Shown one piece after another: positions 12,101 to 27,100 of a stretch of 64,000 nt of DNA. Position 1 is the stretch's first letter. Each line of letters opens with the position of its first letter. Source of the stretch: Phoronis australis (taxonomy: Eukaryota > Animalia > Phoronida); assembly GCA_002633005.1 (NCBI GenBank), contig NMRA01000007.1, positions 1,192,362 to 1,256,361 of the forward strand, written 5' to 3'. The notes under the pieces are model-generated. The model ran no database searches, was not told where the DNA came from, and saw nothing but the letters and a program-made list of their open reading frames with translations. The translations under genes were made by a program, and so were the position numbers.

Positions 12101-15100
12101 GAGGGTAGCCAGTTTCGTACTGGCCTTTGTGACAGTCGGTCGGCTCAAAAGGCCTGGCTGACGTCACTTCGTTGGCTTAATTTCACTCCCTCCACCTTCT
12201 GTCACGTATATAATTCATCGGGCCTGTCTCCGCCAAAATTAATGATGTCTCATTAAAAAAATTTTTACTTTTCCTAAATTATTTACCCGGATGTTGGAAA
12301 ATTGCTGCTAAAATTGCGATGCGCTCTTTGGGCGCCATTGCGTCACTTATCGTGCCAATTTCCATGTTCTTCACTCAACTGTGGAGGTTGCGTACATGTC
12401 ATAACAATTGGAAGTGGTTTCATTTCGTTACATGTTTTTACTATTATAATACCAAAAAAAAACAATTTTAGGAGAGATATCGCAAAGTTTTGGGAAATGT
12501 CGCGTACATGCGTGTGTCACGAGATTGCACTGTTTTCAAAACGACGGCAGATAGGATTTTCCTTTGTTACAAAAGGCGGAGAATTGCGAAACATAAGTTC
12601 GTTTATTAGATTTTGTTTACTTCTATAAATGGCTGTAACTGGCACTGTGAATGTCGATTCATTCCCAGTTTCTGCATGCACCCCTGCACTAAGGCAGGTT
12701 GTTAGCTCTGTTTCACGACGAGGTGACGAGCTGAGCACCTGGGTTGTGTGAAATTTTGGTGTCTAACGGAGCTCTACTCACGGCTACCTAGCTGTATGTT
12801 GATGCAAGTCTTCATACAGCTAGCTGGCTTTCTACCACAGTATGTACATTTATGATGCAACTTTTGTAAATACATCCAGGGGCAGATCCAGGATTTTGCC
12901 AGAATTATGCCCTTCACTGACCATTCGCACCCCCGAACTGCCAAATGGAAGCTGCCCCCCCTCGAAATCCGCCACGGACATCTATATACTTTGTGTACTA
13001 TACAATATTTTAAATGCATACTTAGTTTTCACTTTAAACTGAAAAATATCTGATTACCGTACTTTGTGTTACGGCATGGTCAAATGTTCTGGAAAGAAAT
13101 TTGTACTGCCTAGGGGAAGAATCCCACAGCCGCACACCTTAATTGCCTACTAAAATCTGACAGGTGACAGAAATTCTGCTTGAAGCTTTGAACACTGTAT
13201 TCCTGTCTCTTGCCATGAACACTCGGTCGGTTCACTCTATAGGTGTAGCCATTTCTCCTCGGCGTTTCCCACTAGCTGCTACCAATTCTTTCGCCCGGGT
13301 AACGGCTAGTTTATTAATATTTTGCTCCAATAATCAGCAATCGAATTGGAAATAAATTTGATGTTAATTATCAGATGTAAATGCTCTCAAGTTGTCACAT
13401 TAAAAAAATCTTAGCGCTCACTGGACGAAAAACCCATCATTTCTTAATCTAATCTTCCTCAGACATCACCTCGCGTGTATGCATCATCACGGACCTTGCA
13501 ATTATTTCAGTGAGGTTAGCATCACCTACCGTTTACTTGGATGTCGTTAAATGCCGAAGTTGGTATGGGTATGAACGGTTCAGTTAACTTCGGAGTTTAC
13601 AATGACGCTCTCAACGTTCCTTTTTTATTGCTAAATTTTACTAAAAAGATATGATTATGTGACCCAATTAATGACATAAACTATTTGTTTAAACTCAGTT
13701 ATCTAATTCTTCAGACTTTTAGAAATATAGACTTTCACCGAGTTAAACTCTATAGTTTTGGTAATATTTAGCTACATAGGCAGTCCTGTCAATAAGGTCC
13801 TACACAACTTTAACATTTTTATGGGCAAGATGTCGTACACCATATATACTAAGACACTTTTGCAGGCACTCGATGGCGAGCTAAAAGATACTGTGTGCTG
13901 ATTTCTCTTCCTGTAACATGAGTTGAAGTCTGGCCTCTGGCATCTTTCAACATTTGCTAATGCTAGTGCACTCTAGAGAAATGAGATTGCGGTTGTAACT
14001 GAAGTCTGGGCGCATGTTTTAGAGGTGGAAAGCATTAATGTTCCATCATTTATGCATTGAAGACTGTGAAAATTAAGTTATCTTGCGAATGGCGTTCATT
14101 ATGAGATGATTCAGCCTGAATAGGTTTCAGTTCATGTTTGAAGAACACCATTCACCGACTTAAGTGATGCGTTCAAATCAATCGATTTTGATCCTCGAAT
14201 GACAGCGGTTTGCGCTGAGACGCTCTGCATCTGAACTTTTAGTTACCAGTAGTTCTTATTACAGTAGGGTTGGTGCCCTTGTTTGGCTCAACTCCTAATC
14301 TACTGCACATTCATGTTCAGTTACTAGTGTAGGCTCTCTCTCAAGCTCCAGTTATACGCAGCACCGTTACACCTCTACAAAAATATACGCTGTATGCAGG
14401 TGTAAATGTAAACTTTTGAAGTCAAGAAGCGAGACAAGCAATGTTGTCAGTAAAAAGGACACTTTTAATACTATAATTTCCTTGAAACTGGGTAGGTCTT
14501 AGGAGTATTTCAAACAATAAGTGTGGATTGAGAAAGATTGATGAACTTGTTGCCCGTATGTGCGAAATTTGTCAACTGGCAGATGTCTTGTTGGCAGACC
14601 TGATTGCTTTTTTCAAGAATTGCTTGAAGATATTACAAAAGAATTTTAGCCAATCCACCTGTCAGAAAACCGTTGAAGCTAGGGCATAATATGGGGGTAA
14701 ATGGGTGCAGGACTTAGTAACAGCACTGGAGGTAACCTTTCCGGAGTTGTCAAAGCAAGTTTTCCCGTTTTCAAAATTTCATTCGTGAAATTAGAATAGT
14801 CACATCTGGTTACTTATAGTATTTTAAGATTTCCACAAAGCATTCATTTGAATTATGTACTTGGTATTTCCCAATTGTGCTGGTAGTATCGATAGAAGTT
14901 TTTTATCAGTTATTGTATCCGAAATGTAGTTCGCAATTTTTCTTCAAACAAAATAAGATCACGCTTACGATATTTGGTTGTGATTACTGATGCAAATTAT
15001 ATCTTTACTCATGAACGTAATCTGAAGATGGCTTCGACATGCTCATGCTGTTAGAAATTCGGCATTCAAAGATCTTTTACAAAGTGACTCAAAAGGCTGA

Positions 15101-18100
15101 TTTGTCTTAGAGAAGAAATAAGTATGCCTATTGCACCTCTTTGGGATGGTTCATATCCAGCGGAAAACGTAGCATACAAAATCAGTGACACATTCACCTA
15201 TTAGCAGCTGTCAGCAGCATTTCAATAAAAAGCAGGCATGACAACAGAAGAGGCTTTTTGACAACTTTAAAGAGGAGTGGTGTTACTGTCTGAGGTGAGA
15301 TCACAGAAAAAGATTGTAATGGCACTTTTGGCTGAGCGATCCTGCATTTATACCTGCACGGAAATTTAAATCATTTTTCAGGCATGCCAGGTGTGTGTTT
15401 ACGTGTGTGTAAATTAGAAAAATTTGTTTCAGGGAGGCGCTTATTGCAACCAAAGGCGGTTGAAACCCCGTCTTTAAAACTGGTGAAATCAGAAGCTAGG
15501 ATTCATCAAATTTAAGTTCTGTGACCTATCTGTAGTACCCTATGACAGACTTTTTACAAAACTGTACATTGCTATCAAACTTAGTTCTTAAGTTACGATC
15601 ATTTTACAGAATATTGTGCTGGAATCCCAGCGCAGAAACTCGATGATGCGCCACTGCCTCGCGATCGTTGATATAACTTGAATAAAAATACAGTTTCGAC
15701 TCAACAAATTACCTGAAATCCTCGCTTAAGTTTTCCAAATAGCGTCCCTAAGATTATTAAGTCACTGTGGAGTCAGGATTTACAGCTGTAGGTTAAGTAC
15801 AAATCTGCAAGATCGTGCCCCACAACACAAGAAAAATCGCATTGTTGTCACTTGACTTTTGTTTTGAAGTTCAAGGTGTGCCTGTGCATGTGTGTGTGAG
15901 CGAATGAGTGTCATCAGTGTTCATTTGCCGGAGTAAATGTAATGTAGTGATGTAGGTGTGTATTGGAACTAATGAAATTAATAGAGCCACTAAAGCAGAA
16001 CGTGTTTTATTTAGCACTTTCTGGTCTCATCTGCTATTAAAACGTGCGAGAATTGTCTCGGTAAGGCCAATATATATTAATGTCACTGAGTCACCGGGTG
16101 ACTGGATGCATGGCAGTCTAACAGTTTTCCAGGAGATTCAGTTGTAAGGGTGTGTGCGGAGGTGTTCACTATCAATAGGGCATTTTATCAGATGTTTGAC
16201 TTTAAAAACACCAGGGACATGGGTGCTTATTAGGGCGAATACGGTATATATTTTTAAGCATTATTTTTGCGTCAAACATGCAAGTTGATAGCTGTTGAAT
16301 GTGAAATCGAACGCGCTAACTTCACAGTAGCTTTTCTGCTAATCTAAATCACACGCATTAAATAGCAGTGTGTTTAAATGGTGAAGGTATCAACCTTGAT
16401 GTCTGAGAGTCCTGGCAGTTAATGGTGAGAACTGGCGATTTGTAGTAAAATAACAAAAACGCGACAGGTTTTATTGTTTCATGGGTCTGGTTAAAGCTAG
16501 TAACTTGAAAAATCAGATTCAGAAATGTTTATTGCATGTATCCCTTGGCGTCATAATACAGTTAACATTGCAACTTTACAATGATAAAATTTCAGCTCCT
16601 AACTCTGTTGCTCTTGAAATATATAGCGCCAGACTTTTTAGTTCACAAAGATCATGGACTTTAAATATTCTAACTAGTCTGGTGTCATCTGTCATTTTCG
16701 TCAGCAAATTTATGCGCACATGACTTTTAAAAGTCAGTGTCATTCAACAATAACCCGACAATTACATTTTTCTGTTGCAAAAAGATTTTTCACTCATCGT
16801 GGATTCAGAGAATTGTATACCTCGGTCCAAGGGTTGGAAGCAGGCCTTTATGCAGCGTGCGTCCTGGGCGTCCAAATGGACACCCTAGCACTAATCTGGA
16901 CGCCCTGGCAAGGACGCCCAATGTATCATTTGGATGACCACTGTCAATAGGAACCTTTCAAGTTTGGACTCACACATTGTAATGAATACTAGGAAGCCTC
17001 TGAAGGCTCACAGTGGGGGCTCTTTTTTCAAAGCAGGAAGAAATATACAATGTATATACAAAGTATATGCATTGTTGCTATTCTGACACTTGATTGACAG
17101 CATTGTAAAAGTCTTGGTGTATACAGTTTTTTTAGTAAAAATGCTCGCCATAGAAGGCTGTTTTATAAACTTAGATGTAAAAACCTTGATCTATGCATTT
17201 TTTGTAAAAAAAATCTGTGTGTTTGGGGGTATTGCTGGGGGTGGGGGGTTACGCGTCGGAATCATGGATGCCTTGGAATATTGGGAACCCCATTTTGGAC
17301 ACCCTATTTTCAAAATCCTGGATAAAGGCCTGGTTGGAAATGAACATTTTTGTAAAATTATTCGATGAAATGTAAAAGAACTTTATGAAGGTTGACTTAA
17401 TAAATGCTCTCTTTTGTTTCTGAAACACACTCGCACAATTCGTTTGCCTTATTTGAAAAGAAGGACGTTGTCTGCAATCTGCCCATTTTTTATTGAATTC
17501 TTGCTTGTGAAGGGGATTACATGAGTGTTACTTTATGTTTCATAACCCGCAATTGGGAGTACAATTGTAATTGCCTACTCCCACTTTTCAAAATAAACTT
17601 TGCTTTTGAATTCTCAAACTCGGCTTGACCCTGCATTTTCTGATTTTTGAATATTTTCAGTTTTTATACGCTGGGTGACAGGAGTCACCATGAATGGAGA
17701 GATTAATTCTTGACTTACGATGTGCAAAAAGTTTGTGAACAGTGTAAGCAATTGTCACGCAGCACGTTTTAAAATATGATTCACTCGCGGTTGCTTCCAG
17801 ATCACTGTTTAAAAATACGGTTCGTCTGCTTCAAATTTTGTATTGAATATTCTGTTCTATCCTCAACAGCAGTTTGTTTTGCATTGAGGTCATCCGTTTC
17901 TTTAGGTTTAATTAATTCTAAATTTATGGGAGGTAAAATGTTCAGGAACTATGCTTAAGCAATTCATTTTATAAGGTTTCATGGGTGACTTGTTTTTGTT
18001 AAAAAAAACATTGTTTAAACCTGACATGTTTTAATTACTAAGTGTTGTCCTGGTAACATCTTGCCAGTACTTCAAAGGATGGAAAATTACAATCTCAGTC

Positions 18101-21100
18101 AAAGAGAATCTGTTGTATTTTTGCAATTAATTCATTTCACTGAAACAACACTTGAATACGAGGATTCTTTTTTACCACGTTTCTTGCAGTATGCTCCTAA
18201 AGCAAAAACAAAATGACCTGAATTTCCAATCATGACAGGTTTAGGAATGACTGAAGTTTGTTGAAATGACGTCCATCAATTCCCTTTAAAATGTACGGTA
18301 AAGTGTCTCCAGTTTCAGATAAAACTTGTCTGAAGAGGTGGTCGACCAGTAATCAAGTTAGGTTTTAGAGCAGTTGTGCAAAGCGTTAATTGCATTACAG
18401 CTTTTGGTGTGCTGAATGAAATATGGAATTGCATTTGTATGGTGAAAGTTTTCTGTATAAATCTTTAATTGACTTGGTATTTATTCATTATCATCATAAA
18501 CGAATCCTGAAATTGCAACAGTGTTTTTGTCAAGATTGAAGTGATTGCTTTGACCTGCTGAAAGCAGTGTGGCTGACTGGTTCCATGACCAAACACTAGA
18601 TGGAGCTAAAGACAATGATTACAACCGTGGCTGCCTTTAGCCTCAAAATGTGCGTCATTTGTTTTCAGAACAATTTGGCGGGGTTTGAGACTATTCATGT
18701 CGTCATGGGTAACGAAGCTTGTGACTTGGACTCGGCAGCCAGCGCCATTGTCTACGCTTACTATCTGAGCCAGGTAGGTTGTGTCAGATGTTGAATGCTA
18801 ATTACAAAGTTTTTAAAGATCACAAGAAATTTTTAAACTGACAAGAAGTCATTTTCAACACTCGATATTGATGAAAATGAAGCCCTGCCATGAAAACAGC
18901 TGTCTCCAAAAGACAATCGTGACACAAGTTTATCACGTACATCTCTAGAGGGTGAAGCATAGCACATGGCAGTTTGAAGACGAATGCAGTGCCGACCCCC
19001 TGTGGCAGTTGTAGTTTTTGATATTTTTTTTGTTTGACACCACTTATTTTAATTTGTATTTCTTAAATTAAGCAGGTGTGTTTTAGTAATTTTCGTTGTT
19101 ATAACACGGCTATCCCCTGTGGCAATTTCATGTTTTTAATTTGGAGAATTTTGAAAATCTCGACAGATTTAAGGTAAACAATTTGATTTGAGGTTGTTTT
19201 ATAAACAATGTGCTACCAGCAACATTTTTGGTCGATTCTGATTAAAGCAGTGTTCCCGTTGCACAATGGCCTTGATTTCAATAAATTATTGACACAGTGT
19301 AAACTCTCTTCCTCTCCTTTTGATAAGTTTATATCTAAAGCGAAGTCCAAATAATATCGTTACAGTTGCAATTACAGCCTTTTCGCAGGTTCATGCAGTT
19401 GCTGTTGTAAGAGCCACTAAATTGCAGTTGTAGCCAGTAATACTCATTGTCTTGCAGCAACTCTTGATCTATTTTATTAAGGCAGCTGGGACTTGTAGCA
19501 AGGCTGAGATCATTGCTTAGCATGTTGTCAACTTGTCAAGTACGCTGGGGGATTTATTTAGTTCAAAGGATGATTTGGAGTTTGCACCGGTGACCCGGAT
19601 TGCAACTCTTTTGACATGTGGACTAGTCTTAATATTTTTTAAAAGATATTTAACGCTTGTATTACTTGAGCTCACCGTTTGCGATGCACCAGTTGGCCTG
19701 AAATCAAGGCTTTCCATTGATTCTGTGCTGTTAAGACAATACCTGTTAATAAGTGGTACTAACCACCTTTTTTGACTGTGACCTCTCTTGACTAGAGGCT
19801 GCCAAATTACCTCAGTCTGTAATGATTTAAAGCGATCGACAAACGCAAAAGTGTTCGCTCGAACATACGAGTGATGGCGTATTTGCTACTCGTTTTCCCA
19901 GGTTCAGGCTTGTAAGGAATATTGGCCAAAAGAAAAATGCCATATATCTGCTCCGCGCCGTTCGAATAACACGAGTGCAGTCAATTTACTACTCGCATTT
20001 TCCTTGTTTGGGCGTTTACTCGTTCATGTCGAGGCCTGATTTAACTAGCTAATACCTTTCCTAGCAGCAAGGTAACATCCTCTATATTAAAAACCTCTTG
20101 GAATGAGGTATGGCTTATTCAAGATTAGCAATAGACACAATTAGATGATGAATGTGTTAAATCAATATGAAACGTGCTGGCTCAGTGGTTTTCCTGTGTG
20201 CTTCGGACTATTTTCTTCTAATACATTGGGCTCAACATTTTTCTGCTCAGGTAATGCGAACACGTCACATTTAATTACAATTTATACATAACACGTTTTT
20301 CTTATCTGTAGTGTTTCGTGATGCTGCCAAGTGATTTAATTAAGGTAGATAGACACCTAATTGAGATCATGGGTGCATCTAAGTTGTAAAAAATAAAACC
20401 AAAAAATTTAAAATCATTGGTTTTGTTTCTGTATTATCTTCACATAGTTTTCCATTTGTAAAATTTCCTTAAGATTTGACTCATTTGTTCAATATTCACT
20501 CTGCATCTTCCTGTGTTGGCGTCAAGATATTTGGTTCATGTTCAGAGACAAAAAGAAATTAAAATAGACCCTAAAGATTTCAGAATTTGTACCCCCTGCG
20601 CGCAAATGGTCAGAAGTGTAAGACAGACCCTTTATCTAGATTGAGAAACGTTACAAACATGGACGACATAGCTATCTACGACACAAACAGTTACAGCATT
20701 TTGTGTAGGAAATAGTCAGATGTAAGGTGCCCTTACTTTGAGAACCAGTTTGATGCCCGTTATTTAGTGGAGAAAACTGGTTCTCAAAATTTTCTGCGCG
20801 TTATGTCCGACAATTGCCTTTTACATGTAATGTTTATCTTTATTTGGTTTAAGGCAGGTGAATTTGGAAAAAATCCCAACATGACTTTAGGATTTTTTAC
20901 CTGCACATACAGTCTACCCTAAAAGTAAACTGACAAAATACAGCACAAGGCAAAAGTAATTGGACAAAATATAATATGCACCAAAAAGTTGCTGGGTTAT
21001 TATTCGAACTATGTTTTGCACACAAGTACAATTATATTAGAATGCGCATGAGCCAAAAGGGTCATTTTGTGTCCTCTTCATTAAAGAGTGGATACTTTTC

Positions 21101-24100
21101 TGCCGGACAAGATGTCTGACTGTTTGTTACTTGGAGCTATTATGGGTGGTAAAATTGATGTGAGACACATGTTCACAAAGACTCGCTCTGGCACTTTTTA
21201 AGAAGTGTCAATCATATAGTGTGGGTGTAATCGCCACGTCGCGGTCGTCATTGGGATGGCCAGATTTAAATAATGGCTCTCAGACAGCACAGCCAAGAGG
21301 GTAAAAAGACGGCCTGTGTCAAGACACCTTTGGCGATAATAACAGCCACATGAAGAATTTTAACATTTCTGTTTAATGGAAACCTGAAATTTGTTGTTTT
21401 AGTTCATTAAATATTCAGACATAAATTGAGTACAAAGACTGTTGATGTCTATTTTTACCATAAATGTCATACCAACGATCAGGAAATGCTGGCAGCCATG
21501 TTTTTGCGAAGAATTACCTCCCTTTTCTGAGATGTCAGGGTGACCTCGTGCAGAATCCTGGCATATGGTAGGTGTCAGTCTGTGGAGTCCTAGATGCATC
21601 CCTTGTTGTGCGCTAAGCCAAGCATGGTTGTTTAAAATTAGAAATTTGGAAATTTTTGAGTATGGACGATGAGCCAAATATGGGTGTTATACAAAACAAG
21701 TATGGTAATTCATGTAATTGTGTTGTTATAAATAAGTGCGTTGATTTCGTGCAAGTAAGAATTATTAATAGTCTTTGTACGTGCCATATGTTGACCCGAG
21801 CAAAACGAAGATCTTTTCAGACTGTAGGTAAACTGTAGGTCACATGATGTGACAAGCATATGGCATGTATGAAGACTAATAATTCTTATAAGTACAATAC
21901 TTTGTGTATCGGAAGGAAGTGTTGCATCAAAGAAAAGTGGTGTCCTGTTGGGTATATCAGACACAATTTAAACGGAAATGATAACATAAATAGATAAACA
22001 GTGTGCTGAAGTTCATCAACTGTGGCAAACGAAAAAGACCAACAAGAAAGTTTTCTTATTCATTGCAAAGAAAATCAAGTAAATGTGTGTTGACACACAA
22101 CGTTGTTGCAATTTTTATTTGTGTTGAACATTTATCAGTCAAATGCTTTGGCTTCTTTGCACTACTGTGATCTCTTCTTTTTCTAGACAACACCTGGACG
22201 CGAACGCTTCTTTTTACCTCTCCTAAATATGAAGCGCAAGGAGCTTCGCACTCGCACAGAAATCATTCAATGGCTGAAAGACTGCCACCTGATGGAGGAC
22301 CATCTAATATTCCGAGACATGATCGACTTCTTTGCCATAACTGAGAAACAAGCTCTAGAAATTACACTGGTTGATCACAACATGTTGACTGGAGACGATG
22401 CCCAGTTCAACTCCTGTGTAGTGTGTGTCATTGATCATCATCAAAATGAGAGACCCCAGAAGGAAACGTGAGTGAAGTTTGGTGTAAATAAAAAATCTTT
22501 TTATAAACATTTATTGCAATAATAATAACACCACAGTACAAAGACAGTTTCCAATGACACATCATATGCACACACAAACCGTTCATAAAAAACTCAATTT
22601 CACAAACCAGAAAACCAAATGTACTTTTCTCATTTGCATTACTTTTTGAAAAATAAAAAAACCAGACCATCTTTGGAAAAATAGGTCTCCTAATCCATTT
22701 TTACAATAGTATATTTATATTTTTTGAATGTGAAATAAATTTCTATTTCTTTTTTAAAAACTGTTATAGATGGAGATTATACATTCAACTTTCTACAGTA
22801 TATCTGGTTTTGGGCCAAAAGAATGATAAGATTCAACAGTTCATTTGCTTTTCCAGTTTTACCGAATATAAAAGTTGGAAAATCTATCTATAATCAACAT
22901 TTTTTGGATCGATATAATATTCAGCTATACTTTTCCAAAAAGACTTAACAAAAATGCAACCCCAAAGTAATTGTTATTAACTTTCAGTTTCATTCCTACA
23001 AAAGGTTCATTGATCAGTTGGAGAAATACCAATTTGCATTAAAAAGTTATTTGTTGCTAAAATTATTTGTACAATTCTCATTTGAAACCACCTGAGTCTA
23101 ACATTTGAAGTGCAAAGAACAGAAGTTAGAAAGCATAAATTCCAGTTGGTCATTGTTCTTGCAAAAGCAAAGGTATTTCCCATTTTTCTAATCCTTTTGG
23201 TTTTTGAAACTAAGTTGTCAGAAAAGTGTCATATACATATATCACAAGTACCTTTCAAAATTTTAATCAAAATTTGCCAAAGTTGTAGGATAACTGGTTG
23301 AGACATTTTTGCACGTGAAAACGTTATACTTTTGAATGTTAATGTCACGTGAAAACGTTATACTTTTGAATGTTAATGTCACGTGAAAACGTTATACTTT
23401 TGAATGTTAATGTCACGTGAAAACGTTATACTTTTGAATGTTAATGTCACGTGAAAACGTTATACTTTTGAATGTTAATGTAAAGTCATTTTTCAATTCG
23501 CAATAGATTGCAAAAAGGGTTTAAAACCAAATTTTTCTGCAAAACTGTTGTATGACGAGAAATTTCTGTTTTCGTCAATAAATCATCAGATTATTCTAAG
23601 AATCTCCCACTCTATTCATTCCAAGTAGGGTTTTCCTCCAATTTGAACTTTAGTGTTATGCCATAAATGAAGGGACAGTATTCCATCGTCTTCTTTGACC
23701 TCGTTTAATATCGAACCAAACTCAAACGTTAAAACAAAGGCTTCCTTCCAATAAGGATTCCATGTGGACAGGGCTTACATTTTAAAAAATATAGTTTCCT
23801 CCTTTTAAATGTCAATTTGACTTGAATTCCGCAAAATATCGATTCAGGCCGAATTATTATTTTATCCGTCTATAATCATTCTTAGTAGCTTTAATAAAAG
23901 AAACTAAATGAACCGTTTTGAAACCACAATTTTTATAATTTTGAACCACTGTCTTACGAGAAATTCTATCTTTTTGTTACTCGAAATAAACTGAAAAACA
24001 TTTTCTCCAGTTGTTTGATAAAATCTTCCTCCAGTGATGAGAGACTTCAGAAAAGATGTGTAAGCTTTGGCAATAATAAAGATTTCACCACACAGTATTT

Positions 24101-27100
24101 CCCAGCACACTGAGGCATCTTCTGGACCAGGAGGGTTCCTTACTCAGATATGATTTCTGGGCTTGCGAAGAGGTGACAGTTTGTAGTAGCTTGAGATTTG
24201 AGACCAATTTCAATAATTTGACGAGACCTGGTTAGTCATCCTGTTGGGGCACCAATACTTTCTTCATGGACAGATAAAACGACTCTTTTTATCATTTGTG
24301 TCTTGTCGGTCAGCAATGCCCTTATTACGGAATAGTTTTTGTAACATTCAGTGCTCTGTTGCAGCTGTTGTAATGGCCATACTGCATGTTATTGACTGCA
24401 CATTACAACTATCGGTGGGCACGTTGCAGCGAGTGTTAGCTGTTGAATTAGTCATACTGTGTCTTAAAACAGTCTGTGGACAAGTTACAACAAATTGTAA
24501 CTGTTATAATAGTCATACTGCATCTTAATATCTACATGCTACAGCAGTCTGTGGACGTATTACAGCAAATTTTAGCTGTTGAAATAATCATACAACATCG
24601 TAATCTCTATGTGTTATTACAGTCTGACACATCACAGCAAATTGCAGCTTTTGAAAAAGTCTCGCTACATTAATCTATTGTTGCAGCAATCTACGGACAC
24701 ATTGTGTCAAATTACAGCTGTCAAACTGTTCTTTTACAGTGCTGATGTGCACATCGAGATGGTTGGATCGTGCTGTACACTGGTGGCTGAGTTATGTTTG
24801 AAAGATGAAGTATTTAGAGTCTCGCCTCAATTGGCACAGCTGCTCTATGGTGAGTGATACCTGTCAAGTGTTCAGAGTGTGTCGCCATTTTGGCTCAAAT
24901 GGAATCTCACTTTTCCTCACCTGGTATCCTGAACTGGTAAGGTTGTATCATGTTCTCATTTCAAAATACATGCTAATCCTTCTCCAGTCATCGCATCAGT
25001 AAGGCTGATTGCTTAGTCCCGATTTTTGTAAGAGAAAGAGAGAGTGTGAAATGGGGTGAAATCTCATCTTATTCAGTTTCAAACAAAAATTGTCGTAAAA
25101 ATATTTTTTCATTTTTTAAAAATCTTTTAACGTTACCATGAAGTCACTCAGTTACTCAAAGTATTGTGTGATGACAGCTATCAAAATGTACATTGACACG
25201 ATAAAACATGAAATAACACCACACCAAACGTTTCACTTGTCTGCCATATTGTGTCTTAAGTTGGTAAGGTTTTACCGATAGATTGTAGTCCTTCACCCCC
25301 CTCTGAACGGGATGCTTATCCGTGGCAGATCATTTCCCAACCATGTCAGTAACTTAGTCGTTCATACAGCTGAGACAACGGAAGTCCAGAACTACGTATC
25401 CGCAAAAGGTGCAGTGACGGAGCATTGATCCCGTAACCTTTCAGTTGAGAGTTCACTGTATTACTGACCACTGAATTACTGAGAAACTTTCTCATACAAT
25501 CTGAACACAGAGGCTATTTAGCAGAAATGAGTTCTCAAATAAACAATATAGACTTTGGGTGATTGTTTAAACTCACTAATCTTGGATTTTTTGAAGCTTG
25601 AAAGCCAAAATACAGAGGTGAAAAACAAAAGGCGTGTTACCTGGTTGCACTACTTTGATGAACACTATCACATCTGCTAAACCGGATCACAAAACTGTAG
25701 AATATCCCCAGATTAGTTACAGGTTTTCTACAAGCGATTATTTCTCTTGCCTGTAATATCCCTCATTATCACGATTTAGCCGTGTACTAAGCCAGGCACT
25801 AATCTTCCTGTCAGGTCCTATACTACTGGATACCATAAATTTGTCGGAGACTTGCGGGAAGAAAACGGAGAAGGACGTCAAGATCATTACCACCATGGAG
25901 AAGTTTTTTCCTCAGATGAGACGGGACAAGACGTACACGGAACTACAGAAGGCTAAGTTTAATCTGTCAGGCACGTAAATCTGTCTATCATTCATACATT
26001 TCTTCTTGTTTAGTCGTCTGCTCATCCAAAACGAAGTTGCCCCTTCTAATTGAATGATGAAGTCCATTGTTCTCAAAATGCCAACAGGTTTCTTCTCAGT
26101 TCTTCTTGATAATTGGTCACGGTATTAACAAGTGAAAAGTAATTGATTTTTGATTTAGACCGCCATAAAATTGATCTCAAACTGTTCCTTAGTCAAAACA
26201 GGTGTGGTTCCTGGGCTTGGAAAAAACTGACAATTTGTTATTGTTTGAAACTGAGGCTCTACAAGATGATTTGTTAAAGCTTGCCATTTCATACACCGAG
26301 AATGTTCTCAAGGAATAACGGGGCGTCAGTTCTTTGCAAAACCAAAAACAATTTTCTCACCGAGAAATTGCAGTAAGTTGTCCAAATTAAAATTTTTTTG
26401 ATGGCAAATGGGTCATTGTCACTTTAATTAATGCATTATTGTGTGCATTGTAAATAAAAAATGTAAGGCTCATAAATTTTCTAACCTTTGTGTTGCTACT
26501 AAGATTGTTTTTAGTATTGTATTCATATGCATATGATGGTGTAGACTTGTGCAATCAACTGATAGTCTGACAGCCTTGGTAGGCTGTTGCATGTGATGGG
26601 CAGCAGACAGTTTTCCACTGAATTCAAGCTAATAAATTCCATTTTTCAGGATTGTCAAATGTGGAGCTGTTCACACGTGACCTCAAGGTAGCCAAGTCAC
26701 AAACTATGGATATCGCTGTCAGTTCTATTACAATCAATATCGAGGTGAGAGACCGGGCACACCGTATCCATTTCAGCGTTCTCACTAGGGGTCTTCTTCC
26801 CAAAATGTGACTCAAGTCATAAATTTGATCTTGCGCTTCTGAAAGGCAATTAAATCTCACTTAATGAGCAAAAGTGCCAAGTCTTTGGTAAACGTAACTG
26901 CCAATTTCTGAGATAATTTTTATGCATTATTATTATGATTCAGTTTGAACTGCTGTGTTCTAAATTTAGGAGCTGTTGAAGCGCCCTCGTCTTCGACATG
27001 ACATGCGGGCGTTCCTAACCAAACGAGAGTTGGACGTTTTAGTCATCCTAACAATTCATTACCGCGGACCCAACAAACCCTTTCGCAATATCATCGTCTA

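Noticed and set aside
14490-15300. Possible hAT transposase or gene relic ([17 protein letters not shown])
   Set aside because: The fragments are short, stop-ridden and not in the expected order; I cannot support a call without an alignment.
23312-23481. CRISPR-like array (also 34985-35086 and 32705-32774)
   Set aside because: Units are head-to-tail with no unique spacers, there are no cas genes, and the context is eukaryotic intron.
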